A DNA stretch of 64,000 nt, taken from NCBI GenBank assembly GCA_964655075.1, contig CAZZLD010000008.1, forward strand, positions 380 to 64,379, in the 5' to 3' direction. Numbering within the stretch: the stretch's first letter is position 1; each line of letters starts with the position of its first letter. Shown here one piece after another: positions 9,975-19,902 of the stretch. Below the pieces are notes generated by a model that saw nothing but the letters and a program-made list of their open reading frames with translations, had not been told where the DNA came from and did not search any database. This stretch comes from an uncultured Candidatus Bathyarchaeia archaeon (GTDB lineage Archaea; Thermoproteota; Bathyarchaeia; Bathyarchaeales; Bathyarchaeaceae). The position numbers were made by a program, and so were the translations under genes.

Positions 9975-10211
9975 TGTTTTTCTGCTCCATTTTCATAGGC
10001 TTTCGGTTAAAAGCTTCCTTTACAGTTGTTTGCAAATGATCAAAAACATCCTGCGCCTAGATGATGCGCAAAATGTCATCACCCGAAATAATTAACACCC
10101 TCATATAAAGGTTTTTCGTGAAACACGGACATAAAACGATACTGTAAACTTATTCGAGATGAAGCTTAGGCGTTTGGTGGTTTAGTTCACGCTTTGTTGC
10201 TTTGAGTTTTC

Positions 10212-12464
10212 TTACGTCTTTGAGAAATGATTTTGAGGACTAAGATAACAGTTATTGTGGTCAAAATCGCGCTCCTTTATACCGTACTTGCTTTGGCTAC
10301 TGCTATCTGAAGCTGTTTTGGTTATTGGATCTATAGCGAAATGTAAACCATCAATCTTAAAATATCCAGTGCCAATATTTGAAGTGTCGTTCTCAAGCGC
10401 AATTTCAATACACACAATGTCGTTGCTTGGATTTCCAACTTTCGTGAAATCACTTAAATTTTGAATCTCTTGGGTGCTCCAAGGCTTTGGAACGCCACCA
10501 GTTTGCCCAATCCATAGTTTTCTCTGGTAATAATCAGTTGTATAATCTCCTTCCTTAGTATAGAGGCGAACAACCCACCAGTCCACAGGTCCTGTTAGTG
10601 ACCACTTGTCCCAAAATTTAATTTTCCTAAATAAAGAAACATCAATATAGGCTCGTCTTCTTACCTGAATTTTGAGACCTGGATCGGATATAAGATCTGC
10701 TTTTATGCTGTTGTTTCCTACTTTTTTGTCTGTGTTGTCAACGGCAAAGATAACAGTTGGTTGTGGGCTGCTCCAGTTTGAGATGTTTTCTGTCCATGCG
10801 TCCGTGTCTCGGGGTTGGTATTCTGCTTCGCGGGTTAGCAGTTGGATTTGGTTAGCTACGTCTTCAGCGGTTTCTTTCCAGCTTATTTTCTTGATGTTGT
10901 ACGCCGGCTCGTTCACGGCTTTAACCTGTACGTTGTCGAAGTGGGCATGCGTCAACAGCGTAAACAAACCCGTTTTCCCCGTTGCGTACCGCGAATCCGT
11001 CTCCGTCTTCTTTAACTCTCCGTCAAGATAGCACTTTATGGAAGTGTCCTCCACCTCGGCTTTCAACTCGTAAAACTGCTGGTCCACGAACGTTAAGCCC
11101 GTCACTGTTGACCCAATGCTGTTCAGCGTAGATCCGCCGTCGTCCGTCCAATAAAGCTGAAGCTCCCCGCTAGCCTTGTCAACTAGGAGCGCATAAAAAT
11201 GCGTGTCATCCTGCACCCTGAAGGCCAAGCCGATCTTGCTGTCTCCGTCCGCCACATACTTCACGTCAGCCTGAACCGCGTAGTCCTGCCAGTGAGTTTT
11301 TCCCGCCCAAACCCGCTTAGCACCCGCAGACTTATCGCTCTGACTCAGCTCCTCGCTCTCTATAGGCCAGCTTCCAGTAACTGCCACCCACTTGTCCAAG
11401 TTGCCCCTGAAATCATCGTAGAAGATTCCAGCATAGATTTTCTCGGCGCACGTGTACTTCGGATTCGGCACGAAGTGGATGTCGCCTGCGGGGTCCACGT
11501 AAAAGTCGTAGCCGTAGGTGGTGCCTTTCAGCGACGCATCCGCCAGCTTCCTGAGAAGATTAAAGACGCCTTCCTCGTTGAACTCGGGCGTGACCTCGTT
11601 GTCCGTGTCCTCCACAGAGAAGGCGGTTAACTCGGTTATCTCGCCGTCGCGGACGTCCTTAACGACCTGGCTGATCTTCGCACTAGCCGTGTACTTCTTA
11701 GTGAACGTCCGCTCGCAGAAAACCTGCCCCAAGTCGGAGCCCGCTATAGTAACCAGAGGGTTGCCCGGGTCCCCAGACATCTCCTTGTCGGCTACGTATC
11801 CGCTGATCAGCTTCTGGTCGAGAGCCTCGCCGTTCGCCGCCAAGTAAATCATAACCAAGTCGCCTACACTCGGTTTCTCGGTGTAGATGCCGCGGTCGTT
11901 CAGCAGCGTGAACCTGAAACCCGAAACCGCCGTGGTGGCACACAACTCCACGTCCAAGCTCTCAACCTCCTGAGGCACTACGGGGCTATCCTTGATGATG
12001 GCAACATAGTCAAAGTAAAGAGCCGCCGTTTGGTTGTTCCCGCCAGTGTCAGAACGAACAAACAGCTGAACGGCAATGACGGTTTTTCCAACAGGCAAAT
12101 CAACGGTGATCTCCGTCATCTCCGTCGGAGCATAGCCACTAGCGTTAACGTCACTGGCATCAGAAAACTTCACGTAGATCATGTAGTAGGGCTTGTATCC
12201 GGCGCCCTTCAGCCTCACCCGGCACTTACGGTACGTGTCCGTGCTTATGCTCAGGCTGCCCTTCTCGTAGCCCGCCCCATCCGACGAGTCAGACTCCGTC
12301 ACCGTCATCACGCCGAGATCAGCAACCAAACCGCCGTTGTTCACGAAAGACTGGCTGGCAGCCGAACGGATGAGAACCCACCCGCTGCGAAAATGGTCGT
12401 CAAGAAAACCGAACTGCCGCTCGAAAACTTCAATGTGGCACCGGGGCCAACCGGGATAGGGCAT
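10212..12464 (-). CDS. tail hub / receptor-binding protein (gp27/gpD-like core plus LamG/DUF1080-like lectin domain)
   Basis: 750 aa. Hub-like segment VGDLVMIYL...LISGYV...LVTIAGSDLGQ...GYDFYVDPAGDIHF. Concanavalin-like segment IGLAFRVQDDTHFYALLVD...YELKAEV...GKTGLF...HFDNVQV. Confidence 0.5.
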   Translation of the reverse strand: MPYPGWPRCHIEVFERQFGFLDDHFRSGWVLIRSAASQSFVNNGGLVADLGVMTVTESDSSDGAGYEKGSLSISTDTYRKCRVRLKGAGYKPYYMIYVKFSDASDVNASGYAPTEMTEITVDLPVGKTVIAVQLFVRSDTGGNNQTAALYFDYVAIIKDSPVVPQEVESLDVELCATTAVSGFRFTLLNDRGIYTEKPSVGDLVMIYLAANGEALDQKLISGYVADKEMSGDPGNPLVTIAGSDLGQVFCERTFTKKYTASAKISQVVKDVRDGEITELTAFSVEDTDNEVTPEFNEEGVFNLLRKLADASLKGTTYGYDFYVDPAGDIHFVPNPKYTCAEKIYAGIFYDDFRGNLDKWVAVTGSWPIESEELSQSDKSAGAKRVWAGKTHWQDYAVQADVKYVADGDSKIGLAFRVQDDTHFYALLVDKASGELQLYWTDDGGSTLNSIGSTVTGLTFVDQQFYELKAEVEDTSIKCYLDGELKKTETDSRYATGKTGLFTLLTHAHFDNVQVKAVNEPAYNIKKISWKETAEDVANQIQLLTREAEYQPRDTDAWTENISNWSSPQPTVIFAVDNTDKKVGNNSIKADLISDPGLKIQVRRRAYIDVSLFRKIKFWDKWSLTGPVDWWVVRLYTKEGDYTTDYYQRKLWIGQTGGVPKPWSTQEIQNLSDFTKVGNPSNDIVCIEIALENDTSNIGTGYFKIDGLHFAIDPITKTASDSSSQSKYGIKERDFDHNNCYLSPQNHFSKT

Positions 12465-12564
12465 CTACTAGCCTCCTGCCCTCCGCACCTTATCGGCGAC
12501 AACAACGCCTAAATCCCGCAGAAGCTGCTCCCTATCGATGTCACCGCTGATGGGCGCCCGATTC

Positions 12565-13500
12565 TCAAAATACACGTTTACAGTCTGATGCGTTGAGCTG
12601 AACGAAGTCGAGGTCGGTTCCCATGCTGTTCTGGTTCTCAGCGATTATGCGGTCAACCTCCCTGACCATCTTCCACCGTTTCGCGTTGTCGCCCTTACTC
12701 CAAACGTCAACGGCATACTCACCGTCAAACCGTCTAGGCGTCTGCCCTATGCCCAAAAACCGCGTAGGCGTGGTGACGTGGCTGACCACAACCTGAGGCA
12801 TTTCTTCTTTGCGGTCGTACCAGTCGGTGCTGAACTTAGGCGTGAAGTCAACTATCTTTCCAGCCCAACCGTCTGAAAGCAACTTCGCTAAAGCCCGCTT
12901 AGGATCCGTAAACGCGTGAGCGATTAGCTGTTGACTGCTCAAAACCAAGTGGCTGAGCACAAGTTCGCTCGGGGCGTCAGGCACGTAAACCAGAAAACCC
13001 ACAGCGTCGTTTCTCATCAAGTAGGCGGTGCTCGGCATCTCCAAAACATGCACATCCAAGGTTCCATCCAGCAGTTCTACGGCGACCTTCACCTCGGCAG
13101 ACGTGGGACGCTGAACGTAAACCGCCTTAATTCCGCTCAACTCATACGTGATTCCGCTGGGGTTCTCTGAAGCGCCGGCGTGAGCGATGAGTTCTCCCGT
13201 GTCCCCGTCGATTCTGACGCCGAAGGCGGCGGTCCCCATGTTTGCGCCCTGCGCCATCCAGCCCAGCTGGGTTCCAGCAGTTGCTCCAGCCACGGTTGGC
13301 AAAGGCGACGCTAGGCGCAGCCTAACAACAGGCATTCCGGCGGCGGGAATTTCATCGGCGAACATCCAGTGGGCTCCTGTGCCCGTCGGCGAAACCGTTA
13401 AACCGCCCTTCCCGAAGGCGTAAAAAACGTTGTTCGTGACGATTTCCCAACCGCCAGGGAAAGAGGTCATCGCCGTGAAGTCGTGGACTGTAAGCGTCAC
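12565..13500 (-). CDS. virion neck/tail-completion-like protein
   Basis: 311 aa, GTG start overlapping the stop of the upstream frame. The C-terminal half (PQVVVSHVTT...GEYAVDVWSKGDNAKRWKMVREVDRII) resembles DUF3168-type tail-completion proteins. Confidence 0.35.
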   Translation of the reverse strand: MTLTVHDFTAMTSFPGGWEIVTNNVFYAFGKGGLTVSPTGTGAHWMFADEIPAAGMPVVRLRLASPLPTVAGATAGTQLGWMAQGANMGTAAFGVRIDGDTGELIAHAGASENPSGITYELSGIKAVYVQRPTSAEVKVAVELLDGTLDVHVLEMPSTAYLMRNDAVGFLVYVPDAPSELVLSHLVLSSQQLIAHAFTDPKRALAKLLSDGWAGKIVDFTPKFSTDWYDRKEEMPQVVVSHVTTPTRFLGIGQTPRRFDGEYAVDVWSKGDNAKRWKMVREVDRIIAENQNSMGTDLDFVQLNASDCKRVF

Positions 13501-14634
13501 CCTACTTTAGCCTCCTTTTCGATTTTTGCTTCCGCTAAAACCTCTAGGTGGGACCTCTTCGGGTCAACAGCGAGGATTTTCCACCTTTGCCCTCCGTAGC
13601 TTATCTCATATCCATCCTTGAGGACGACGGTGGTTAGACTGAGTAAGAAAACGGCTTTTCCAAGTTTCACGGTTCCTGCTGGAGTCGCCTTTTCGCGTCC
13701 TGTAAGCTCGACGAAGCCCTTTGCGGTTGTGACTTCCTCAGAGTAAACGGGGTTTCCGTAGGGATCGACGCCCGCATAAGTAAGTTGAACTACGTTAATG
13801 TCTAGGCCCTTAGCCTGAGCTCTTTTGTCGAACTGCGAGGAAGGAACACGCTCGTTTTTTTTCCAGTTCAGCCACGGTTGCGAGGGCGCCCAAAAAAGCT
13901 TTGTTCTGCGCTGTGACGATGGCGATCAATTCCGGATAATAACATATGCTGCAGCCTTCGGCGCTTGCATTTGCGTCACCAGCAAAGTACCACTGCCAAA
14001 CAACAATTCTCTTGCATGAAAGCGTTCCCGCCTGCGTGTAAATGCCTTCAACTTGGCTCTTTGAAACGGTTGAAGCGTTCGTGTAGAGCCAAATGTAGAT
14101 TCCTTGGTTGTGCATTGGGGCCACGTGTCGCCTGTGTAGTCGTGGGTTACATCCGCGTAATAGTCAAAGTCCTGCGTGACAAGCTGCTGTATTTGGCTAC
14201 CCGAAATCTGTCCGTTCCATCCAGTAACCGCTTCAATAACCACGTATTTGCCGTCGGCGCCTAGGATGCTGTAGGCGGAAGCCGCCATCCGGTTCCACTC
14301 TGTGATGTCGCCTCCGGTTTCAAAAATTATCTGCGTGTCGTCAACGTAGAAACCGTCAACATGCAGGTAATCCGCCTTTTTTCCCTCGAAATAGGTGTTG
14401 GTTCTCGCCGTGGTTTGGGCACAGAACGTATCCCCAGGCTCTTAAGCCAACCTCGTGCAGGTTGTTTACGTTGACTGCCTCATCATAATCCGGCGTGCGT
14501 GTTCCGCGGTCTCGGAAAACGACATCGGTGAAGTAGGCGTCCCTGATTTTTTGAGCTGTCTCTTGGTCTATGAGGCCGTCGACCCACGTGAACGCCTGCT
14601 TCGGGTACTTCTTGATGTAGCGAACCAGCTTAGG
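13501..14634 (-). pseudogene. frame-disrupted virion gene(s) ending in a head-tail adaptor-like domain
   Basis: Hand translation gives four protein-like segments in different frames, joined at T6 (14377-14382), G4 (14117-14120) and T8 (13855-13862) runs. The last segment (DGYEISYGGQRWKILAVDPKRSHLEVLAE) matches the head-tail joining protein pattern. No start codon for the first or last segment. Confidence 0.55.
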
Positions 14635-14964
14635 TCACACCCTTTTCAAGCCCGTTTGATAATGCCGATAAATTTTCTCGATTTCCCCGTCCAGAATTGC
14701 GGTCAGTTCTTCCTTATTCTGGGTTTCGCTGAACTCGCCAGCGGTAAAGGAAACCGCCACATCCAGTCTGTTCAGAATGTCCTTGGCGGCGAGGAGGGCG
14801 GAAAGACGCTTTATTCTGCGCGGCACGCTGCCTGCGAAAGATCCGATCTCTTGGTCGATCTGGGCGTCCGCATCAGAAATGTACTCGTCTATTTCAGCGT
14901 CTGAAATGACTGATTCGTCTACAGGAGCGAAACGCCTCACGTCTGACGGGGTTGAATAAGCCAT
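14635..14964 (-). CDS. gp6-like head-tail connector protein
   Basis: 109 aa. STPSDVRRF...DAEIDEYISDADAQIDQEIG pattern typical of HK97 gp6/SPP1 gp15-type connectors. Confidence 0.5.
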   Translation of the reverse strand: MAYSTPSDVRRFAPVDESVISDAEIDEYISDADAQIDQEIGSFAGSVPRRIKRLSALLAAKDILNRLDVAVSFTAGEFSETQNKEELTAILDGEIEKIYRHYQTGLKRV

Positions 14965-15119
14965 TTTGGGGCACTCTCTGAAACTATTTTTAGAAAATAA
15001 GGCGTATTTAAGTTATTTTCGCGAAAAAACGTTGTTGTTGGGGCGTGTTTAAAAATTGGTTACTGAAAAAAACTTACCGAAAAATCACAACGATTCTAGA
15101 AAGCTGGTGCCCTTGGCGG

Positions 15120-15320
15120 TTATTCTGTAAACTCCGCGGTTTGCCCTTTCCACGTATCCTTTTTCGTGAGAAAACTCATGATGCTCTGGAAGGTGTGGGG
15201 GGTTCCGCCCTGTCTAAGAGCGCTTTTCAACAATGGCGTCCAACGCATGGAGCCACCTTCTTTTTCTAGGCTGGAAAGCACAGTTTTAGCCAGCAGCAGT
15301 TTTTCTTCTAGGAGACTCAT
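15120..15320 (-). CDS. small helical hypothetical protein
   Basis: 66-aa ORF overlapping the upstream gene by 4 nt (operon-like). Confidence 0.3.
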   Translation of the reverse strand: MSLLEEKLLLAKTVLSSLEKEGGSMRWTPLLKSALRQGGTPHTFQSIMSFLTKKDTWKGQTAEFTE

Positions 15321-15589
15321 GTTAGAACTACCTCGACGGATGTTTGCGTGCTGTAGTAGGGCGGCGTATGATTATTGCAGACGTAGAGAACCTTCTGGCC
15401 TTTTTCGCTTTGGTGAATGGTCGGCGTTAAATCAGGCGTGTAAGGCGTCATTTCCTGTCCGCAGAGGGGGCAGAACTTGTAGCAGTCGCAGAGTATTGGA
15501 AAGGCAGGGCGTTTACGTGTGTAAGTTTTGCCGCATCGATCACATTTACCTGTCGCATACCCAACTTCTGGAATGGTCATTTTCATCAT
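15317..15589 (-). CDS. zinc-ribbon protein
   Basis: CDRCGK ... CDC ... CPLCGQ Cys pairs. Confidence 0.45.
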   Translation of the reverse strand: MMKMTIPEVGYATGKCDRCGKTYTRKRPAFPILCDCYKFCPLCGQEMTPYTPDLTPTIHQSEKGQKVLYVCNNHTPPYYSTQTSVEVVLT

Positions 15590-15658
15590 CCTCGCAACAT
15601 TTGTATCCTTCTCGTGTTAACTCCCAAGGCTGAACAGCTCGCCCACAGTTAAGACATT

Positions 15659-15937
15659 TCATTTTGAAGCTGAAGTTTTCATTTCTTTAATGTCTTTGAA
15701 CAATTGGGGAATGAGGTTAACCGCGTCGATGCGTAATTGGTTGTCTGCTATCTCCAGAAGACGCGGATATCTCGAATTTAACACTAGCAGAATTTCAGCG
15801 TCGGTTTTTGCATCTCCATAGTCTACTTCAACACGCGCAGGCAGACCATCAACTTCAAGATACACGTCCCAATAGTCCCTTTCGTCGTTGCAAGGGTCAA
15901 CGTACGTTAAACGGGTTTTAGAAATTATGTTTATCAA
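15659..15937 (-). CDS. hypothetical virion-module protein
   Basis: 92-aa ORF with a 4-nt overlap with the upstream propeller gene. Confidence 0.35.
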   Translation of the reverse strand: MINIISKTRLTYVDPCNDERDYWDVYLEVDGLPARVEVDYGDAKTDAEILLVLNSRYPRLLEIADNQLRIDAVNLIPQLFKDIKEMKTSASK

Positions 15938-16971
15938 GGCTTCAATACTCCTACGCCGATTTTCTGAACGTTGCTGTTGTTTTTTCCTTCATACCACATG
16001 TAGAACGCGCCGTCCATCATTAACAAACTGGGAAAAACATCGTATTTCTCATCCCATTGACCCGCTGCTCCTACATCCCAAATGGGGTTGAGCGGCCACT
16101 TAGTAAAGTTGAAGCCGTCGCTTGATGTTGCCATGCCGATTCGGTATTTCGTGTCTGTGGCATCGTAGCCACTGTACATTAAATACCAAACGCCCAAATT
16201 CCAAAAAAGAGCGCAATATCCGATTTCGTTTTCATCCCACTCGCCTGCTCCACCTTTATTCAAAACTGTCCCGTACCGCGCCCAATTGACGCCATCCTTA
16301 GACGTAGCCACACCGATGCCGCCGGAATCATCCCGATAGACCATGTGATATAAGCTGCCCAACCGCGTGACGCCGCTGCCTTGAACATAATTCGCTAAAG
16401 TAAGAGGGTTGCTCGCTGATTTAGTCCACGGCCCCATGGGGCTGCTTGCGTAAGCGTAGCAAAGTACTTTTGTAGTTCCGTTATATCCTGTGTACCACAT
16501 TTTCCATTTGTTTGCAGAACTTTCATATTCGTCGTAGATTACGGACAATTGATAAGCTCTTTGCGAATCATAACTTTGATCGTTATCGATCAGGCTCTGA
16601 TAGTCTTGGTCTCCATCATACCGGCTGTATGGTCCTTCAGGGTCGGTTGCAGTTGCGAGTCCTAAACGATAATTTGAATCAGAGTTTCTCTGTCCAGTGT
16701 AAAACAGGTAATAAGTGCCGTTGTAGTAAACAACGCAAGGCTGCAACACGTTTTTGTCGTCGAACCTATCACCGCCCGTGTACGGAGACAAAATTGGGTT
16801 ACTGCTACTTCTGACGCCCCACGCTTTCAAATCGCTTAACGGCAAACGAAGACATCTTATCCAGCCCTGTTCATCCGCCCAATTCCACTCCCGATGCCAC
16901 TCGGCATAATCTCTAATATCGCTCTTCTTATGCTTCTGAGGCAAATTTAAAAAATGGGTTGCTTCTGCCAT
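15934..16971 (-). CDS. five-bladed beta-propeller glycoside-hydrolase-like protein (GH43/32/130-type fold)
   Basis: Five recurring blade motifs: YYLFYTGQ, WKMWYTGYNG, LYHMVYRDDSGG, WYLMYSGYD, FYMWYEGKNN. Confidence 0.55.
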   Translation of the reverse strand: MAEATHFLNLPQKHKKSDIRDYAEWHREWNWADEQGWIRCLRLPLSDLKAWGVRSSSNPILSPYTGGDRFDDKNVLQPCVVYYNGTYYLFYTGQRNSDSNYRLGLATATDPEGPYSRYDGDQDYQSLIDNDQSYDSQRAYQLSVIYDEYESSANKWKMWYTGYNGTTKVLCYAYASSPMGPWTKSASNPLTLANYVQGSGVTRLGSLYHMVYRDDSGGIGVATSKDGVNWARYGTVLNKGGAGEWDENEIGYCALFWNLGVWYLMYSGYDATDTKYRIGMATSSDGFNFTKWPLNPIWDVGAAGQWDEKYDVFPSLLMMDGAFYMWYEGKNNSNVQKIGVGVLKP

Positions 16972-16978
16972 GCTGCGC

Positions 16979-17215
16979 CTAACTCCTCGTTATGCTTGTC
17001 AGTTTCTTTTCGCCATCGTAACCGAAAGTAAACGTCAGAAGCGTAGAGGTGCCCTTCTTAAAGACCATGGTGGAAATGTCGCCGTCGCCATCGTAGGTGA
17101 ACTCGATCTTGTCGCAGTCAGCAATTTTACTCCGTAAATCGAAGGGAAGCTTTTCAAAGATGCCTTTATACGCTTCGTCGTATCGGCTCCAAGTTGGTTC
17201 ACTCATAAAAACCAC
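16979..17215 (-). CDS. hypothetical small protein downstream of capsid gene
   Basis: 78-aa ORF co-oriented in the head module. Confidence 0.35.
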   Translation of the reverse strand: MVFMSEPTWSRYDEAYKGIFEKLPFDLRSKIADCDKIEFTYDGDGDISTMVFKKGTSTLLTFTFGYDGEKKLTSITRS

Positions 17216-17269
17216 CCAGAAAAAATGGGGAAAAGAAGTTTCGCCAAAACCAGAAACTCCTTATTATGC

Positions 17270-18193
17270 TTATCTTGAGCCTCTTGCCACAGCCTTGCTT
17301 CTTAGGACGCCTAAGCCGTACCGTTCAGAGCCTAGGGCGCCGAACAGCATCTTCGCGGGATCCTCGTAGGGTTTAGTCGTTGCGTCCCTTCGCAGAGGCA
17401 TAGCCGCAGCATACCGAGTGTCAATCATCAATGTGCTCGTCACAAGAGAGCTGACGACGATTTCTATGCCCAAGATTCTCTGCGGATAAACACCGGTCCT
17501 TATGGCCTGTTCAGGCGCGTAGTAGAGACTGTCGATGAACTGGTCTAAACGGAGCAGCTCGCTCATTATGGTCGGCGAAACCGCCAATACGTTAGGGTGA
17601 AAGTTTTCGCTTTCAACAGCCTTCCAAAGATCCGTGAAGTTCGCCCACGTTATCGGTGAAGCTATTGTAACTTCAGCTCCACCCGCCAAGTCGCCCGCTG
17701 AGATGCCCTCGTACAGAGCCACGATGTCCGCGGTTTCCTGTTCCGCCAAGCTTAGCCCAATTTCCTCCACCTGCCGCTCCAGAACATTCCAGGAAGCGTC
17801 TTCTAGGAAACTTTCGCTCCACTCTTGGCTGCACGCAATCTCGTAATCGCATTCGATGTCCACATAATCGTATTTTTCGCCTGTTGGAGGCGGCTCAGTC
17901 TGTCCAACCCGCCAAGCTTTGCCTCTCTTCGCCCTTACGAAACGCACTAGATACTTCTCAGTCGGCACAACCCATATGAGTTCGCGCCCTATGCATGCGG
18001 GCTTCGCTGCGTCAACAACTACGCTGTGCACCGCGCCTAAGGCCTGAGCGATGTCCTTGTAAACGGCTTCCCGCATAACGAGCTGATAGAGCGGGTTCAC
18101 TGCGGCATTGGCTGTCATCTCTTTCCATTCGCCCTCGCCCATGTCGGGGTCCCTGAGAACGGCTTCCTTCAAAACGTTCTTTTCTTCGCTCAT
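17270..18193 (-). CDS. major capsid protein (HK97-fold candidate)
   Basis: 307 aa. Lies directly (0-nt gap) downstream of the DUF2190 decoration gene and the protease. Size and position are typical. No motif-level proof. Confidence 0.6.
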   Translation of the reverse strand: MSEEKNVLKEAVLRDPDMGEGEWKEMTANAAVNPLYQLVMREAVYKDIAQALGAVHSVVVDAAKPACIGRELIWVVPTEKYLVRFVRAKRGKAWRVGQTEPPPTGEKYDYVDIECDYEIACSQEWSESFLEDASWNVLERQVEEIGLSLAEQETADIVALYEGISAGDLAGGAEVTIASPITWANFTDLWKAVESENFHPNVLAVSPTIMSELLRLDQFIDSLYYAPEQAIRTGVYPQRILGIEIVVSSLVTSTLMIDTRYAAAMPLRRDATTKPYEDPAKMLFGALGSERYGLGVLRSKAVARGSR

Positions 18194-18604
18194 TTAGATC
18201 GACCCCACAAGGATGAGACCAGTGTCTCCGTCAGCAAAATCCTGCAAAGCTCTGCCCACGATTTTCTCTTCGTCTCCTGCGGATGGAGTTGCTGGATAAG
18301 CCGCAACTGCGCCGCTTGCAGCCGAGATCACCTTTTCTCCTGCGGTTATGGCGCCTGAAGCTGTGACTTTGACGATTCCGATGAGCATCACTGGGATGTA
18401 TTCACTTGCTGATCCTGAGGCTAAGGCAACGCCTATCACGTCTACGGCGTTGGCTCCGGCTGTTGCAACGCTTACGTACTCGCCCGCTGTGTGGGTGTCT
18501 GCGACGACAAGTTGACCTTTGGTTACGGCTGATTCGCATTTGAAGCTCTGAATTAGGATTCCGTATCCTTCGCCTACGTCCCAACTGCTGAACAAATCGG
18601 TCAA
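18194..18604 (-). CDS. DUF2190-type head decoration/cement protein
   Basis: Gly/Ala-rich beta protein. KGQLVV...VIGVAL...ASGAITAGEKV...IVGRAL pattern of DUF2190. Confidence 0.65.
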   Translation of the reverse strand: MTDLFSSWDVGEGYGILIQSFKCESAVTKGQLVVADTHTAGEYVSVATAGANAVDVIGVALASGSASEYIPVMLIGIVKVTASGAITAGEKVISAASGAVAAYPATPSAGDEEKIVGRALQDFADGDTGLILVGSI

Positions 18605-18662
18605 AGCATTCCTTTCTCCTTTATCATTTTCCGTTTCACCGTTCCGTCGCGGCTAATCCGGG

Positions 18663-19799
18663 TCAACTAGATGACTGCAACTTTCTGCGGATTCTGCGAA
18701 CCAGTTCGTAGGGACCGTAGCCCCAATGCCGCGGAACCCGTTCAGGCAGAAGTGCCAAAACCTCCTCTCTCCTGATTAGGTCACCTGAACTCGGCTCAGC
18801 CTCGGTTGTTGGCGCTATGACGGCTTCACCCAGAGACCTCTTGGCTTCGGATTTTTCCTTGCCTATGATTTGAATAACCCCGATAGGGGGCATGACACTC
18901 GTGGCTTGAAGCTTCGGCTTCGAATACTGCGGATGTTCCTGAAGCCAAGTGTTAACTTTCTCCAGCGTCCACCCGCTGGCTTTCATGAAGAGTAGGCTCT
19001 GAACCCGAAGGCTTTCGGGCTGTTCCCTCGGGCGCCCCATTAGGGCTTGGATGCCGTTGATGGGGTCAATCCAAGTGGTTGAGAACTTTTCTTCAAGGAA
19101 GGCAGCCGGGTCCTTCACGGTGTGCAAGATGAACTCTTGGGATTCCGCCTTTCCGCGTTTAACGTCCTTCGCCTCTTTTATGCGGTTGATTATGCCCTCC
19201 CAAACTTCTAGGGTTGTCTGGGGGTCGCCGGGCTCATATTTCTCTAGGAAGTCTAGGCGGGTGAAGATGATGCCTTTCGGCGCGGCCCCGTTGACGTTCT
19301 CAAGGGTTCGCCAGTTGAATTCCACTGAACAGTGCTCTATTTTTCCGTCCCTGATTTTTTGAACTATGTCGTCGGGCGCATAGGCTAAGCCTTCCACGGC
19401 GCCATCCTCGTATTCGGAGGCTAACACGCGGTAGGGGTCGGGAACCTTGCTTTCGTGGTCTACGCCTAGGGGTTTGTCAGTTAGTGTCCTCGCCGACCTG
19501 ACGAGTTCTTCTTCGAGGTATTCGCGGATGTTAGGCCACTCTTCGGGATGAAAAGTCCTAACAGGGTGTAAAGCCTTGAACTTCACCAGGTTTTTTTTGG
19601 GCACATCGGCGATTTCCACGTCGCCCAGCCAACGGAAACCCTCCTTAGCCTCGGCTTCAGGCTTGGGTTTGGTGTAGTCAATGTTGTGGGCTTTGCAGTG
19701 GGCGTAAAATTTGCTTTTCCCTTCGTCTTCGCCGTGTTGGTCGATGAAGCTCTGATACAGTTCCTGCCAGTCTGAATGAATAGGCATACAACATCGCAA
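18663..19799 (-). CDS. prohead protease (HK97 S78-like) with C-terminal scaffold-like extension
   Basis: KPLGVDHES...EDGAVEGLAY...GKIEHCSVEF resembles the His/Ser regions of HK97-family prohead proteases. Located upstream of the decoration and capsid genes. Confidence 0.55.
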   Translation of the reverse strand: MRCCMPIHSDWQELYQSFIDQHGEDEGKSKFYAHCKAHNIDYTKPKPEAEAKEGFRWLGDVEIADVPKKNLVKFKALHPVRTFHPEEWPNIREYLEEELVRSARTLTDKPLGVDHESKVPDPYRVLASEYEDGAVEGLAYAPDDIVQKIRDGKIEHCSVEFNWRTLENVNGAAPKGIIFTRLDFLEKYEPGDPQTTLEVWEGIINRIKEAKDVKRGKAESQEFILHTVKDPAAFLEEKFSTTWIDPINGIQALMGRPREQPESLRVQSLLFMKASGWTLEKVNTWLQEHPQYSKPKLQATSVMPPIGVIQIIGKEKSEAKRSLGEAVIAPTTEAEPSSGDLIRREEVLALLPERVPRHWGYGPYELVRRIRRKLQSSS

Positions 19800-19902
19800 A
19801 ATATGTCACCAACTCAATTTAAAAGCAGAAATTACGCCGAAAACCAATATCTCGACTGACGAGGTTATGTTTTATTATGATTTTCAACCGATTTAGGTGT
19901 TT

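Noticed and set aside
12465-12590. Possible 34-codon extension of the 311-aa neck protein through a T4 run (VFENRAPISGDIDREQLLRDLGVVVADKVRRAGG)
   Set aside because: It could equally be an independent 35-codon GTG-initiated gene overlapping by 8 nt. A 4-nt run is too short to argue for slippage.
13855-13862. Programmed -1 ribosomal frameshift on the A AAA AAA slippery run (minus strand)
   Set aside because: The downstream frame is +1, not -1, relative to the incoming frame. Two other frame breaks occur nearby at homopolymers, so a mutation or sequencing error is more parsimonious.
14635-14637. TGA recoding or read-through linking the connector gene to the open frame behind it
   Set aside because: Many well-supported genes in the window terminate at TGA (e.g. 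terL), so TGA is a normal stop here. gp6-like proteins are normally about 110 aa, so the gene looks complete.
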